A DNA stretch of 64,000 bases from Parcubacteria group bacterium (GCA_041674205.1 JBAYWF010000005.1:15865-79864), one strand, 5' to 3'. Shown: positions 19,563 through 30,806, numbered from the stretch's first letter. The notes: generated by a model not told the origin, from the letters alone. Made by a program: numbers and translations.

Positions 19563-20570
19563 TCACATATCCCCCTTCAGGAGTTTGTTGAGCCGCGCTT
19601 TGACTTCTTCAGGCGTCGCTTCGCGCGTCGTATCCGCCGCGACCGCGTCCGCGATCATTTCTTCCAGCGGTTTAACCTCTTCCGTTCCAATCGTCGGCGA
19701 AACCGGCAGATCCGCTTCCCCGGAAATATTGAAAGTGAATTCTTCTTCCGAAACCGGCAGATTGCTCGGCGCGGCCGCTTTCTTTTCCGAAGTTATGAAA
19801 TCTTTTTTAGGTGACACCAAAGAGGCTTCTTTTTCCGTATCAAAATTAAAAATGTTTTTTACTTCCGCGGCCGGTTCTTTTTTCTCCGTCCTGGTTTCCG
19901 TAAAAGAGACCCTGGGCAACCCAACTATCGGTTCTTTTTTCGCTTCCTTTGATCCGCCGTCTGCCGACCCGGCAACCTGCTCGAAATCAACTTCGCTCAA
20001 AATCGTAAAAAGCACGACCGCTAAAAATCCGATTATAAAACCGGAGGCCAGACTGACCGCTATCCGCAGCCAGACATCCATTCCCGCCACTTCGCTGGAA
20101 ATCGGCCCATCGATGATGCGGATGTCCAAATCGGTTTTGACATTATAATAATTGCTCAGGACGACCAGCAGATCATTGGTGACCAGGCGGTTGAGCGATT
20201 CGGCCTCAGCTTGGTCCGCACCGAACGCGGATAATCCGATCAAGCCGCTTTTCCCGATTTGCGCCACTTCAATCCGGGAATTCCAAAATTCTTTCCTTTC
20301 GGCAGCTGGCAATCCCGATGCCGCGTCCGCAATGCTCGGATTTTTTTGTAAAAGTTTGTCATAGAAAGACAAAGCCAGCGGTATCTGTCTGGCATTGGCG
20401 ATGATCTGATCGATGTTGCGAGCGGTGATTCCGGTTTTCGGCAAAAACAAAATAGACGTTTCCGCCCGATAGGTTTTGCCCGCGTTCATTGCCACGACAA
20501 AAATAACCGCCGCCAGCGCGATGGAGATGCCCCAAAAAATCCTCTTCTTTAACATTTCTTTCAAATCCAT
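19563..20570 (-). CDS. Wzz/CapA-like two-TM protein with low-complexity C-tail
   Basis: TM-YxAxxxI...IID-TM architecture; C-terminal EPTxEEVKARLNKLL-type motif. Confidence 0.55.
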   Translation of the reverse strand: MDLKEMLKKRIFWGISIALAAVIFVVAMNAGKTYRAETSILFLPKTGITARNIDQIIANARQIPLALSFYDKLLQKNPSIADAASGLPAAERKEFWNSRIEVAQIGKSGLIGLSAFGADQAEAESLNRLVTNDLLVVLSNYYNVKTDLDIRIIDGPISSEVAGMDVWLRIAVSLASGFIIGFLAVVLFTILSEVDFEQVAGSADGGSKEAKKEPIVGLPRVSFTETRTEKKEPAAEVKNIFNFDTEKEASLVSPKKDFITSEKKAAAPSNLPVSEEEFTFNISGEADLPVSPTIGTEEVKPLEEMIADAVAADTTREATPEEVKARLNKLLKGDM

Positions 20571-20720
20571 TCTATGTGAAATAAAAAATAATAAGCCATT
20601 CGATTGACTTGGGAGTCTAGCAAATACCGGCTTTTTTGTCAAATGATGGGTCTGTAAAACCGGTTAATGTCCAGGTTTTTACCGTGCGTCGTTTCCAAAT
20701 CCAAGCCTCCCGCTAAAATT

Positions 20721-20756
20721 AAAAGGCGGTGTCCTCCAAAGATTGGAGAACACCGC
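20721..20756 (-). terminator. Intrinsic terminator of the 21363/22828 cassette
   Basis: GCGGTGTTCTCCAA-tct-TTGGAGGACACCGC then CTTTTAATTTT (minus strand). Confidence 0.8.
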
Positions 20757-20766
20757 TTAGCCATCG

Positions 20767-21363
20767 TTATTTCTTAAAGAACACGATGGCCCCACACACA
20801 ATCGCCCCGACAAAGCTTGCGATTGCTAACCATAGAGCCCACAATGCGCGATAAGTCGCGCTTGAGGCTTTCTCTTCCACTGATTTAGCGGACAAGGCAG
20901 AGGCAGAGGCCGCTTTCTCAGCCACATCAGCTGATTTGGCCGAGGCCTCCGCGGATTTTCCTGCCAGGTCCGCGATGCTTCTTGCATCTTCCGCGGATTT
21001 GGCCGCTTCTTCAGCTGCAATCTTCGCGGCCGAAGCGGAAACTGCTGTGGTCGCGGCCGCAGCTTTAGCATCCTTGGCCGCGATTTCTGCCTTTGCCGCA
21101 TGTCCCTTTATAGACTGAAGGGCTAGCCGCTGACCCTTAGCGGCTTTATCCCAGGAGGCCTTCATATCTTCCCTGAGATTGCGGAGCTTAAACTCCAGCT
21201 CCGCCCCAGCCGCTGTGGCCGGGTCAGTCGTGGCCGACGAAACTTCCGCCGGAGGCGCCGAGGCGCCGACCTGAGTCTCCTCGGTAGCCGTGGCGCAGAA
21301 CGCCGACGATGCCACCAGCCCGAGAAGGGCGACCACCAGAACTACCATTATATTTTTTTTCAT
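20767..21363 (-). CDS. Secreted Ala-rich coiled-coil protein with C-terminal TM anchor (orphan, SD-led)
   Basis: Signal peptide, SAEA/SAKS repeats, C-terminal TM; GGAGGAGG upstream of ATG. Confidence 0.75.
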   Translation of the reverse strand: MKKNIMVVLVVALLGLVASSAFCATATEETQVGASAPPAEVSSATTDPATAAGAELEFKLRNLREDMKASWDKAAKGQRLALQSIKGHAAKAEIAAKDAKAAAATTAVSASAAKIAAEEAAKSAEDARSIADLAGKSAEASAKSADVAEKAASASALSAKSVEEKASSATYRALWALWLAIASFVGAIVCGAIVFFKK

Positions 21364-21442
21364 TCTACTTCCTCCTCCGAAAAATTTGTTGAGGGGCGAG
21401 CTTCACCACGAAGCCCGCCCCGAATGATTGGTTTTGTCACCT

Positions 21443-22828
21443 CTATTTGAACCCTTTCGGGAACCGCTCGAGGTGCTTGGATTCGGCAAACGACATTGCT
21501 GCCCGCTCGCCGTCCAAAATGTTGATACAACCCGCCCAAAAATAGTACACCTGGGCGATTTCCTTATCGGCCTCGGCCTTGTGAGCCTTGATGTCGTGGC
21601 CTCTAAGGTAATTCCGTTCGGCGATTTCTGCATTCTCAATCGCGTCGCGGAGGTACTCACGGTTTCCCGTACAGACATACAAATCAATGTACGCCTCTAC
21701 GAGATCCCGACGAAGACCTAGATTATTAAAACAATAGAGTTTGCACTCTATCACTTTCCTCTTCAGGTCCTCGATTTTGATTATGATCGGTCTCGGGTCG
21801 CAAACTTCCGGCCCCGGCGGAATTTCTTCTACCACGACCGAACGTTGAATAACCAGCTGACCGACACACATATCAGCTCCCGGAGGAGCTTCAATGAGCC
21901 CGTCATTTAAGGCCAGTACGTACCAGTCAACAGCTTCGTCGACATACGCGCTGGTCGTACCAATGAGACCACCCAAAGACACCATGCCTCCAGTAGTCCC
22001 AGCGATACCTCCCGCAGCAGCGCCACTGCCAAGTGATGCGCCGCTATTTTTCGGGTCACGACGAATCTTGTAATACGCCGAGACTCGATGGGTACCAGTC
22101 TTCTCAACCAGCTCACTAAGACACCGCCCAAGAGCAGCATCCCATGGTTGACCGTAATCACCTTCGCAAATACGGTCATCCAGCAATTCGTCACCTTCGT
22201 GAATTATTGAACCGGCCGGCTGCCAGTTCAGGATATGAACCGGCTTGCCGTCATACGCCTTAAAATCCAGGGCATGCGGCACACCATTTGAATCTTCACG
22301 ACCCAAGCGGTGCCATAATCCACCTTTGCGATCCCCGAATTTACTGGGAACCGCTGAGGCTTTGATCCGGTCCGACGTGTATGTTTGCCATAGTGGCCGA
22401 CATACGAACGGCGTCCAGCCCGGCATCGCCGACTGCAGCGTGCCGCCAACGGCCATACTCTGCCCGCCGACAACACCTACGGCTCCGCCGTTACCCCCTC
22501 CGCCATTCACCACGACCGCCGGAGAACCGGGGTGTCCCCCGACAACTCCAGCCAATGCAACCGGCGCTACCACAACGCTCGGTGCATTGTAATTAACCTC
22601 CGCGCTTCCGCCAGTCGCTTGCTGCTCCTGGCGTTGCTGTTGTTGTTGATCCTGCCCCTGCTCCTGGGTGTTAACCCCTGAGACAGAGCTGTTGTTTTCG
22701 TTATGGAGGTCGAGGCCCACGGCATTGCCGTCGCCGTCGACACTTGCATCACCCGCCCAAGACATCTGGACGGACCCAACAACCATCATCGCCACGATGG
22801 CAATGGTTACTAAACTTGTTTTTTTCAT
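21443..22828 (-). CDS. Secreted orphan protein, Gln/Gly-rich N-terminus, Cys-containing core, TPR-like helical C-terminus (SD-led)
   Basis: Signal peptide, QEQGQDQQQQQ tract; AAGGAGGT upstream of ATG. Confidence 0.75.
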   Translation of the reverse strand: MKKTSLVTIAIVAMMVVGSVQMSWAGDASVDGDGNAVGLDLHNENNSSVSGVNTQEQGQDQQQQQRQEQQATGGSAEVNYNAPSVVVAPVALAGVVGGHPGSPAVVVNGGGGNGGAVGVVGGQSMAVGGTLQSAMPGWTPFVCRPLWQTYTSDRIKASAVPSKFGDRKGGLWHRLGREDSNGVPHALDFKAYDGKPVHILNWQPAGSIIHEGDELLDDRICEGDYGQPWDAALGRCLSELVEKTGTHRVSAYYKIRRDPKNSGASLGSGAAAGGIAGTTGGMVSLGGLIGTTSAYVDEAVDWYVLALNDGLIEAPPGADMCVGQLVIQRSVVVEEIPPGPEVCDPRPIIIKIEDLKRKVIECKLYCFNNLGLRRDLVEAYIDLYVCTGNREYLRDAIENAEIAERNYLRGHDIKAHKAEADKEIAQVYYFWAGCINILDGERAAMSFAESKHLERFPKGFK

Positions 22829-22983
22829 AGCTTACCTCCTTTTGGTAGCTAAATTTTTTGATTATATATAATCCGAAACTGTGTATTCGGTTTTTAAGGA
22901 ATAAAAATCTATACTCTAACGGCTCTCGTCCCACTCAAACAGGACCAGCTCCGAGTCAAACATAGATATACTAAGAACCTCGT

Positions 22984-23012
22984 ATTCTAGCAAAAAATAC
23001 GGCATTTGTCAA
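22984..23012 (-). promoter_or_regulatory. sigma70-type promoter
   Basis: TTGACA-17-TAGAAT with extended TG. Confidence 0.75.
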
Positions 23013-23056
23013 CCCTTAATCAATTTATCCCAGATATAAGCCAAAAAAAGACCGGG

Positions 23057-23908
23057 CTATTTTACTAGCTCGGCTTTTATGATCAACCGTTGGAAGTTAG
23101 TTCCCAAGGGCCAGCAAGTCGAAAGGGTCAAAGTCCGGCCGGGCGTCGCAGAGAATATCCGCTCGTCATCCGGTGCGGCTGTGAATTTGTCGCCGACACT
23201 GAAGTGATAGGAAACGATCCGCCCGTTTTTCTGCATCGTCTTCACCGTGATAGCATCGCCTTTTTCCAAATTATTCAAATTTTTGAAGATATGGTTGTAA
23301 TCCCCTTTCGCCCAGATATAGTTGCTGGAGTGGCCGGAAATCACGGCATTGCCGATCTGTCCCGGAGATGCCGTCTGGTAGAAATGGCCCAATCCCCGTT
23401 CCAAATCAGCCAACATACTGTCCTCATCCGTGCTTTGCGACCAGACCATCGGAGCTTCGACTCCGATTTTGTCGATGCGTACAAAGACCGATGTCTTCAC
23501 GTCTCCCGGCGCGTCCGGATCATAACCGTTATTTATTTCCTGTTTGTCGGAAAAGCCGTCGCCGTCCGTATCAGCCAGATTAGGATTGGTCCCGTGGATA
23601 TATTCCAAATAGTTCGGCAACCCGTCGCCGTCCGGATCGGCATCATAGACATTGTCCGCCGCCAGATTGTTGATTTTCGCCCAATCCGGAAACCAAGCGA
23701 AAGCGATATCATTGGAACCGATCCGCTTTTTGAATTCCGCGTTAGCCTCGGCCTCCTTTATCGAAGCGGTTTCCGGCGATATTTCCCGGACCGGATCGAT
23801 ATTCATATTGACCAAGAAAAAAGCGATGGAAAACACGACCAAAGAAAGGCTGCCCAGCAAGGCAACCCTCTTCGCGTACTGTTTGATTTTACTGAAAAAT
23901 TCGCTCAT
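23057..23908 (-). CDS. Sortase with Ca-binding DxDxDG (TSP3-like) repeats
   Basis: GHSS, TLTLSTCWP, R catalytic triad; DPDGDGLPNYLE / DTDGDGFSDKQE repeats; N-terminal TM. Confidence 0.9.
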   Translation of the reverse strand: MSEFFSKIKQYAKRVALLGSLSLVVFSIAFFLVNMNIDPVREISPETASIKEAEANAEFKKRIGSNDIAFAWFPDWAKINNLAADNVYDADPDGDGLPNYLEYIHGTNPNLADTDGDGFSDKQEINNGYDPDAPGDVKTSVFVRIDKIGVEAPMVWSQSTDEDSMLADLERGLGHFYQTASPGQIGNAVISGHSSNYIWAKGDYNHIFKNLNNLEKGDAITVKTMQKNGRIVSYHFSVGDKFTAAPDDERIFSATPGRTLTLSTCWPLGTNFQRLIIKAELVK

Positions 23909-23941
23909 TTTATTCGAAAAATCGTAAGACTGATAGATGGT

Positions 23942-24412
23942 TTATTTGGTTGAATATTTCCTGATGCCAACGGATGCCAGCGCGATTGCCGCAAGGGCAA
24001 GTCCGGCCAAAACCAAACCATTGCTTCCGGTAGCCGGCAATCTTTTGACTGAAGCGTATTTTTTGCCAGACTTGTCATGATCCGATTTTTTATTATGGCT
24101 ATGGTTTTTGTCATCGTCATCGACTTCGATATTAACATCCGTTTCCGAGCTTTGGCTGATTGAAGCCGCACTTGCCTGGGATTGGCCCTGTGACTGGCCT
24201 TGTGACTGGCCCTGGGACTGGGAACCGGAGTTTTGTTTTTGGCTCTGCGATTGGTCCTGAGACTGGCCTTGTGACTGGCTGTTACTACTGGTAACAGTCA
24301 CATTGTTGTCATTGTCGATGTCGACATCGACATCCGCCAGCGCGGAACTTGCGAAAAAACCCGCTGCCAAAACGAGTGCCGCCAGTGCGAAAACTAGGTG
24401 TTTTTTACTCAT
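23942..24412 (-). CDS. LPXTG-anchored Gln/Ser-rich surface protein
   Basis: Signal peptide, (SQGQ)n repeats, LPATG + TM + RKYSTK. Confidence 0.85.
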   Translation of the reverse strand: MSKKHLVFALAALVLAAGFFASSALADVDVDIDNDNNVTVTSSNSQSQGQSQDQSQSQKQNSGSQSQGQSQGQSQGQSQASAASISQSSETDVNIEVDDDDKNHSHNKKSDHDKSGKKYASVKRLPATGSNGLVLAGLALAAIALASVGIRKYSTK

Positions 24413-24665
24413 ATAAGTTTATGGGCTCCGTTAAATTTCCGAGGTCCGGAATCTATTTAACCAAGCGAAAAAAAATAATTAATTGGCTACGAAACAACCA
24501 TAACACCGCATCCTAGCACGGAAACTGTTTTTTGTCAATATCTTCGGCACTGAACCACATTACAGACAACCCAGCCGCTTTCCGGCATCCGATTGGCTTA
24601 GATTAAAAAAACATACAAAAAATAAGCTTCTTCGTATGTTTTTTTGTCTTTTTGTTTCAATCCTA

Positions 24666-25832
24666 TTACAGTTGTACCAGCAGTTTAATTTCTTGCCCGT
24701 CACGCAAAACCGTCAGTTCAACCTTATCACCTTTTTTGAAAGAGTACAATAAATCGGATAAAGAATGCTCCACCAAAACCTCATTGCCATTTACCGCCCG
24801 GATAATGTCGCCCAATTTTAAGCCGGCCTTTTGTGCCGGGGAATTCGCGATGACCGCCAAGCCCAGCTGGCCGGAAGCGGAATACACCAGGGCGCCTGAT
24901 TCGATACTGAGATTATTCTCAATCGCATAGGTTTTGGAAATCGGCAGATAATAGATGCCCAGAAAAATATTGTTGTCCAATTCTTTTTTCACCGCCCGGT
25001 CGATTACGGCCCGCGCCTTATTGGATGGAATCAGGAAAAAACTTTGCGCATTATCCTTCTCGATAACCCCGACGACGCCCACGACTTGCCCGTTATAATC
25101 GACTGCCGGACCGCCGATGAAATATTTTTGATAATTGAAATCGGTTTCATACACTCCTTCCAGCTTTTCCGAAGATGACAGGGCCAACCCAGCCAGGTTA
25201 TAGGCGGGATTGAAATCGCTGATGAGTCCCGCGGCATATTTATTGGCATAGGAGCCGAAACTGTTGGACACCGCGATAACTTTCTCGCCCGGCTTGACGC
25301 TGCTGGAATCGCCGAAGGACGCGACAGAAAGGTTATTGGCGTTGATTTTCAAAAAAGCCAGATTGCTATAGCTGTCGACTCCGAGCAAGGCCGCGTCATA
25401 CGCGTTGCCGTCATAAGTCATAACTTTGTATTTGGCCCCCGACTGGAGATTGATGCCGGAAGCGTAGGTCATAATCATCCCATCGCCCGTCACGATGATT
25501 CCCGTGCCGTTTTTTGCCCCGACCTTCGCGATAGCTGTCTTTTTGAGCGACTGGCTCACCGCGTCTTCCTGATAGGAAACGATATTCACGATCGAGGACG
25601 AAACCTGGTTGGTGATTTTGCTGATAGAGGTTTCTTCTTTCACCGTTACCTGCTCGGTCTTATTTATGACCGTGATGGTTTCCGAACCTTTCCGCAAAAA
25701 AGCGTACTTAGAAAAAGTCTTCGTAGCACTGAGATACGGGAAAAGGTAACGGTCGGCGATGATTCCGCCCAAGCCGCCGAATACCAGCAGCAACGCCAGC
25801 AAAGCCAATCTTTTGATGATTTTTTTCTTCAT
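24666..25832 (-). CDS. HtrA-like trypsin + PDZ protein, catalytic triad lost
   Basis: GTGIIVTGDG and PDZ (SPAQKAGLKLGDII); His, Asp and Ser positions substituted. Confidence 0.85.
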   Translation of the reverse strand: MKKKIIKRLALLALLLVFGGLGGIIADRYLFPYLSATKTFSKYAFLRKGSETITVINKTEQVTVKEETSISKITNQVSSSIVNIVSYQEDAVSQSLKKTAIAKVGAKNGTGIIVTGDGMIMTYASGINLQSGAKYKVMTYDGNAYDAALLGVDSYSNLAFLKINANNLSVASFGDSSSVKPGEKVIAVSNSFGSYANKYAAGLISDFNPAYNLAGLALSSSEKLEGVYETDFNYQKYFIGGPAVDYNGQVVGVVGVIEKDNAQSFFLIPSNKARAVIDRAVKKELDNNIFLGIYYLPISKTYAIENNLSIESGALVYSASGQLGLAVIANSPAQKAGLKLGDIIRAVNGNEVLVEHSLSDLLYSFKKGDKVELTVLRDGQEIKLLVQL

Positions 25833-25840
25833 AATCTACG

Positions 25841-25957
25841 AAATTTTAAATTTTAAATTTGAAATTTTAAATCGATTTTTAATTTCCAAATGTCCTAATT
25901 ATTTAAAATTTTAACATTTGGATTCCATTTCAAATTTCAAATTTAGCCTTTAAAATT
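25841..25957. repeat. AT-rich heptamer-periodic palindromic element, copy A
   Basis: (AAATTTT)x4 arm, inverted arm, core motifs shared with copies at 46461 and 50816. Confidence 0.8.
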
Positions 25958-25958
25958 C

Positions 25959-26699
25959 CTATATGATCGGCAACCACTTGGCGCTCAATAGGACTAAAAT
26001 TACCATGGTCGAAAAAAAGACCATATTGGCCACGACCCGTTTTTTATCCAATAAATCAAGGAAATAGCTCTGAGCCAAGTCCCAAAGGACATAGTACAGT
26101 ATAAGGGCAATGACTCCGGTAGTCAAATAGCCGAAAGGCCAGAAATTCATCGTCCAAACGATTTCCGTCATAATCAGCGCCAATAGGAAACTGTACGCCC
26201 AAACGATTTTCCGCCCGTCACTCTTGATAATCAGGAAATATTGGTAGCTGACCAGCAATGTCACCACCAAGTACACGAGCATCAGATAATATAGCGGGAC
26301 CAGGAAGTTAAGATACAAGCCGTACGCCCCGGCATAGGTGAAAAAAATCGTCGCCGCCATCGCCGCCATATTCATCCCTTTAGCCGTCTTATCCCCGGCA
26401 TAAATTCCCAGGCGGTAGGCGCCGAACATAGAAAGATAATACATTCCCGAGGACAGCAAGATGAAAATCTGCTGTTCAAAATCAAGCGTTATCAGATAGA
26501 GCAGCGCCGCGGAAGAGAGGGTAAAAAAAACCGGCAAAACCGAAAAGAACCATTTGCCACCGACTTTCCGGCCGCCATAAGCGGAAACCATCAGCAAAAA
26601 GAACATTATCAACATAACTGAATCCGGCTTGAACAAAATCATTTCCAAACCGAAAAGAAAGAAAAGGCTCTGTAAAAGTGGTTGGAATTTTAGAAACAT
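25959..26699 (-). CDS. Conserved CPR multi-pass membrane protein (DUF5656-like)
   Basis: About 8 TM, EIVWTMNFWP motif. Confidence 0.65.
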   Translation of the reverse strand: MFLKFQPLLQSLFFLFGLEMILFKPDSVMLIMFFLLMVSAYGGRKVGGKWFFSVLPVFFTLSSAALLYLITLDFEQQIFILLSSGMYYLSMFGAYRLGIYAGDKTAKGMNMAAMAATIFFTYAGAYGLYLNFLVPLYYLMLVYLVVTLLVSYQYFLIIKSDGRKIVWAYSFLLALIMTEIVWTMNFWPFGYLTTGVIALILYYVLWDLAQSYFLDLLDKKRVVANMVFFSTMVILVLLSAKWLPII

Positions 26700-26747
26700 C
26701 CGAGAGAAAATAGATTACCCCTTATCCGCTCCATCATACCATCATTC

Positions 26748-29360
26748 CTATCCGAAAACAACTTTGCCATTTCTGACGTCCGCCTTGACGCTATCACCTT
26801 CCTTGATACTGCCCTCGACGATGCGCAAAGCCAATTCATCCAAGATATCATTCTGGATGACCCGTTTCAAAGGGCGGGCGCCAAAGGACGGATCATACCC
26901 CTTCTTGCTCAGATAATCTTTGGCCTTAGCGGTGAACGCCAGCCTGATATCTTTTTCCCTCAAACGTTTTTGGACAAGCGCCAACTGCAAATCCACGATT
27001 TTCCTCAACATCGCGCGGTTGATCGGATGGAAGATTATGATTTCATCCAGCCGGTTCAAAAATTCCGGTTTGAAGCTTTCACGTAAGGCGGACAAGACCC
27101 GCTGGCGCATATCGTGCTCCGTCACGGACGCTTCATCTTTTTCTTCCTTGAATCCCAGACCGCTCTTGTAAATGATGTCCGAACCGATATTGGAAGTCAT
27201 GATAATAACCACGTTCTTGAAATTGATCCTCCTGCCGCGCGCATCGGTCAGATGGCCGTCATCCATAATTTGCAGAAGGATGTTAAAAACTTGCGGGTGC
27301 GCTTTTTCTATCTCATCAAACAAGATGACGCTGTACGGTTTCCGCCGGACGATTTCCGTCAATTGGCCGCCTTCCTCATAGCCCACATAGCCTGGAGGTG
27401 AACCGATGATTTTGGCGACCGAATGCGCTTCCATATATTCGCTCATATCTACCCGGACCATCGCCTGCTCCGAATCAAACAGGGCCGCCGCCAAAGATTT
27501 CGCCAATTCGGTCTTGCCGACTCCGGTCGGACCGAGGAATATGAATGAACCGATCGGCCGATGCGGTTCGGAAATCCCCGCACGCGACCGGCGGATCGCA
27601 TTGGCGACCGCTTTGATCGCCTCGTGCTGGCCGATGACCCTCTTCTGCAACTCTTGTTCCAATTGTGACAATTTTTGCATCTCACTTTCCAGCATCCGCG
27701 CCACCGGGATGCCGGTCCAGCGCGCCACGACTTTGGCCACGTCTTCTTCGGTTACCTCCTCTTTCAAAATAGGATTTCTGCTCTGGATCCCGTCCAGCTT
27801 GTTTTTTTCTTCCCGGATTTTCTTTTCCAATTCCGGAATCTTGCCGTAATTGATTTCCGCCACCATTTCCAAATCCAATTCACGCTCAGCAATGGAGGCC
27901 TCGCCCCGCAGCCTTTCGATTTCGGCGGAATGCTGGCGGATATTGGTAATGAGATCTTTTTCGGTTTTCCATTGCAAAGACAGCCGGTTGAATTCTTCTT
28001 TGCTTTCCGCCAATTTTTTATTCAATTCCCGGATCCTTTTTTTAGCGTTCGCCTCTTTTTCTTTTTCCAAAGCTTTTTTTTCGATTTCCATCCGGCGGAT
28101 GGCGCGCTCCATACTGTCGATTTCCACCGGCATCGAATCGATTTCCATCCGCAAAGCGCTGGTAGCTTCATCAATCAAATCGACAGCCTTGTCCGGCAAA
28201 AACCGGTCGGTAATATAACGGTCGGAAAGTTTGACCGCTTCTTGGATCGCACTGTCGGTTATTTTGACGCCGTGATGTACTTCATATTTTTCTTTGAGTC
28301 CGCGCAAAATCGCCACGGAATCTTCCAGCGACGGTTGCGCGACGATTATCGGCTGCAACCTTCTTTCCAACGCCGCATCCTTCTCGATATATTTCTGATA
28401 CTCCCTGGTTGTCGTAGCGCCGATCATCTTAATCTTGCCACGCGCCAAAGCCGGTTTAAGCATATTCGAAGCATCCAGCGCCCCTTCCGTCGCGCCGGCT
28501 CCCACCAAAGTGTGCAACTCATCGATAAACAACAAATACCGCCCATCCCCGCGGCTGATTTCATTTATGATGGCTTTGAGCCTCTCCTCAAACTCACCGC
28601 GGAATTTCGTGCCGGCCAGCAATGACCCCAGATCCAGCGAGATTAATTTTTTATTTTTCAGCGTTTCCGGCACATCCCCATCCGCTATCCTTTGCGCCAA
28701 TCCTTCCACAATCGCCGTTTTTCCAGTACCTGCCTCGCCGATCAAGACCGGATTGTTTTTTGTCCGCCGCGTCAAAACCTGCATCACCCTCCGGATTTCC
28801 GAATCCCGCCCGATAACCGGATCAAGTTTCTTATTGCGCGCCAAATCAGTGATATCGATGGCATACTTTTCCAACACTTGAAACTTGCTTTCCGGTTCGA
28901 CTGAATCGATTTTTTGTCCGCCGCGCACATCCGCTATTATTTTCAAGACATTGTCATAATCCAGGCCGGCAGCGGATAAGAAGTTTTTAACTCTCGTTTT
29001 TTCCTTCAACAAACCAAGGAAAAGATGTTCCGTCGACACGAATCCGTCGCCCATCCGCGCCGACTCCTGTTCGGCGCTGTTCAGGACAGCCACTACTTCG
29101 GGAGTTATGAATATCTGCCCTATGCTGTCATAGCTGGAAGTTTTCGGGAATTTATCAATTTCCACCATCGCTTTATTTTTCAAAGCCTGGATATCGATTT
29201 CCATTTTTTTCACGATCACGGGTACGATGGAATTATCTTGCGCCAGTAACGAATGCAACAGATGGAAAACATCCACCTGCTGCTGGCCTTTGACAATCGC
29301 AAGTTCTTGTGAATTTCGTAATGCTTCCTGGCTTTTAATCGTAAGCCTGTCTATATTCAT
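26748..29360 (-). CDS. clpB: Chaperone ClpB
   Basis: Two AAA modules ([16 protein letters not shown]), coiled-coil M-domain, GSPPGYVGY. Confidence 0.96.
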   Translation of the reverse strand: MNIDRLTIKSQEALRNSQELAIVKGQQQVDVFHLLHSLLAQDNSIVPVIVKKMEIDIQALKNKAMVEIDKFPKTSSYDSIGQIFITPEVVAVLNSAEQESARMGDGFVSTEHLFLGLLKEKTRVKNFLSAAGLDYDNVLKIIADVRGGQKIDSVEPESKFQVLEKYAIDITDLARNKKLDPVIGRDSEIRRVMQVLTRRTKNNPVLIGEAGTGKTAIVEGLAQRIADGDVPETLKNKKLISLDLGSLLAGTKFRGEFEERLKAIINEISRGDGRYLLFIDELHTLVGAGATEGALDASNMLKPALARGKIKMIGATTTREYQKYIEKDAALERRLQPIIVAQPSLEDSVAILRGLKEKYEVHHGVKITDSAIQEAVKLSDRYITDRFLPDKAVDLIDEATSALRMEIDSMPVEIDSMERAIRRMEIEKKALEKEKEANAKKRIRELNKKLAESKEEFNRLSLQWKTEKDLITNIRQHSAEIERLRGEASIAERELDLEMVAEINYGKIPELEKKIREEKNKLDGIQSRNPILKEEVTEEDVAKVVARWTGIPVARMLESEMQKLSQLEQELQKRVIGQHEAIKAVANAIRRSRAGISEPHRPIGSFIFLGPTGVGKTELAKSLAAALFDSEQAMVRVDMSEYMEAHSVAKIIGSPPGYVGYEEGGQLTEIVRRKPYSVILFDEIEKAHPQVFNILLQIMDDGHLTDARGRRINFKNVVIIMTSNIGSDIIYKSGLGFKEEKDEASVTEHDMRQRVLSALRESFKPEFLNRLDEIIIFHPINRAMLRKIVDLQLALVQKRLREKDIRLAFTAKAKDYLSKKGYDPSFGARPLKRVIQNDILDELALRIVEGSIKEGDSVKADVRNGKVVFG

Positions 29361-29376
29361 AAACTTATCCCCGCCT

Positions 29377-30678
29377 TTATTTTTTTTCCGCCAATACCAA
29401 TACTACATCCTTGACGTCCCCTTTGTGCCAAACCTTCAAAGTTATGCTATCTCCTATATTATATTTGGCAACCAGCCCGCTGAGGCTATTGGCACCATTA
29501 ACCTTCTCTCCGTTAACTTCCAGTATGACATCGTTTTCGGTTATGCCGGCTTTGTCCGCCGGTGATCCCGGAATGACCGCGAAGTCCGTCACCCTGTCGC
29601 CTCGCACCACCAACACGCCATAATCATAGGAAAAATTGAATGCTTTTCTAATTTCATCATCAATCGGGACATAACGCACTCCGAGATACGGCGCGGTGAT
29701 TTTCCCGGTCGTTTTCACTTGTTCGACAACCCGCTTGATTTGATTGGCTGGAATAGCGAATCCGATATTTTGGGCGCCTTGCGCCATCGCCACATTGATT
29801 CCCACCACCTCGCCATCGATATTCAATAAAGGACCGCCGGAATTACCCGGATTGATCGCCGCGTCAGTCTGGATTATATCACTCAACTTCTCCGTTTGCC
29901 CCTGCCCGCCGGAAGCGGTCAAGCTTCTTCCCAAACCGGAAACAATACCTTTGCTGACAGTATTGGAAAATTCGCCCAGCGAATTGCCGATAGCGACCAC
30001 GGATTGTCCGATCTTCAAAGAATCGGAGTCACCCAAGTCCAGCGTCGGATAGCCCTGGCCTTCGATTTTGATAACCGCGATATCATTGACCGGATCCACT
30101 GCTAAAATCTTTGCCGCGTGCTCCTTATTGTCGTTCGTCATAACCGTATATTCAGCCGAAGCATCGGAAACGACGTGCTTATTCGTAACTACCATACCAT
30201 CCTCCGTGACCAGAAAACCTGACCCGCCGCCGACTTTTTTCTTTTGATTCCCATCCGTCGCGCTATCGCTTGAACCGAATTGATCCATACCTTGCCCGAA
30301 AAAATTCCGCAAATCAAAAGGCAGCGATCCCCGGATCTGTGAGATATCTTTACTGATCACGATACTGACCACGGCCGGAGATTTTTTTTCCACCACGTCG
30401 ATAACGGCTGAATCTTCTTCCACGATCCGCTGTTTGATCACTTCCGGATTCTTAACTCCACTTGAAATACCAAGAAGTCCGGTCAACTTATCCGGCAAAA
30501 AGCTTTTCGGTACGCTCCCGGCCAAAAAACCGAAAGTCGCTCCGAAGACCGATGAAATCAAAACCGTCCCCACAATCAAAAAAAACATTCCGATCAACAA
30601 ACCGGCTTTTTTTTTCGGCGCCGGCCGATAGGCGTCCGATTCGGCTCCACCTTGGATTGGCTCATTTATTATTTCCAT
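29377..30678 (-). CDS. htrA: HtrA/DegP serine protease
   Basis: [29 protein letters not shown]. Confidence 0.93.
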   Translation of the reverse strand: MEIINEPIQGGAESDAYRPAPKKKAGLLIGMFFLIVGTVLISSVFGATFGFLAGSVPKSFLPDKLTGLLGISSGVKNPEVIKQRIVEEDSAVIDVVEKKSPAVVSIVISKDISQIRGSLPFDLRNFFGQGMDQFGSSDSATDGNQKKKVGGGSGFLVTEDGMVVTNKHVVSDASAEYTVMTNDNKEHAAKILAVDPVNDIAVIKIEGQGYPTLDLGDSDSLKIGQSVVAIGNSLGEFSNTVSKGIVSGLGRSLTASGGQGQTEKLSDIIQTDAAINPGNSGGPLLNIDGEVVGINVAMAQGAQNIGFAIPANQIKRVVEQVKTTGKITAPYLGVRYVPIDDEIRKAFNFSYDYGVLVVRGDRVTDFAVIPGSPADKAGITENDVILEVNGEKVNGANSLSGLVAKYNIGDSITLKVWHKGDVKDVVLVLAEKK

Positions 30679-30806
30679 ACGCATTGGCGCTGCCGAGCAT
30701 AATCGAAAAAACTATCCAGGGCAGACATTAATTGTTATTTTTTTCGCGACAAAAAACACTTTCAGGCTTGAAACAAAAAAGTAGGTCTTCTGTCGATAGG
30801 AATCAG

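Noticed and set aside
24170-24280. CRISPR-like or DNA-level tandem repeat
   Set aside because: 12-bp in-frame coding repeats (SQGQ) without spacers; no cas genes
27675-28625. Long antisense ORFs opposite clpB, dnaK, cysS, sortase and ftsA-like genes
   Set aside because: Shadow frames from codon bias of the real genes; no protein-like motifs or expression signals
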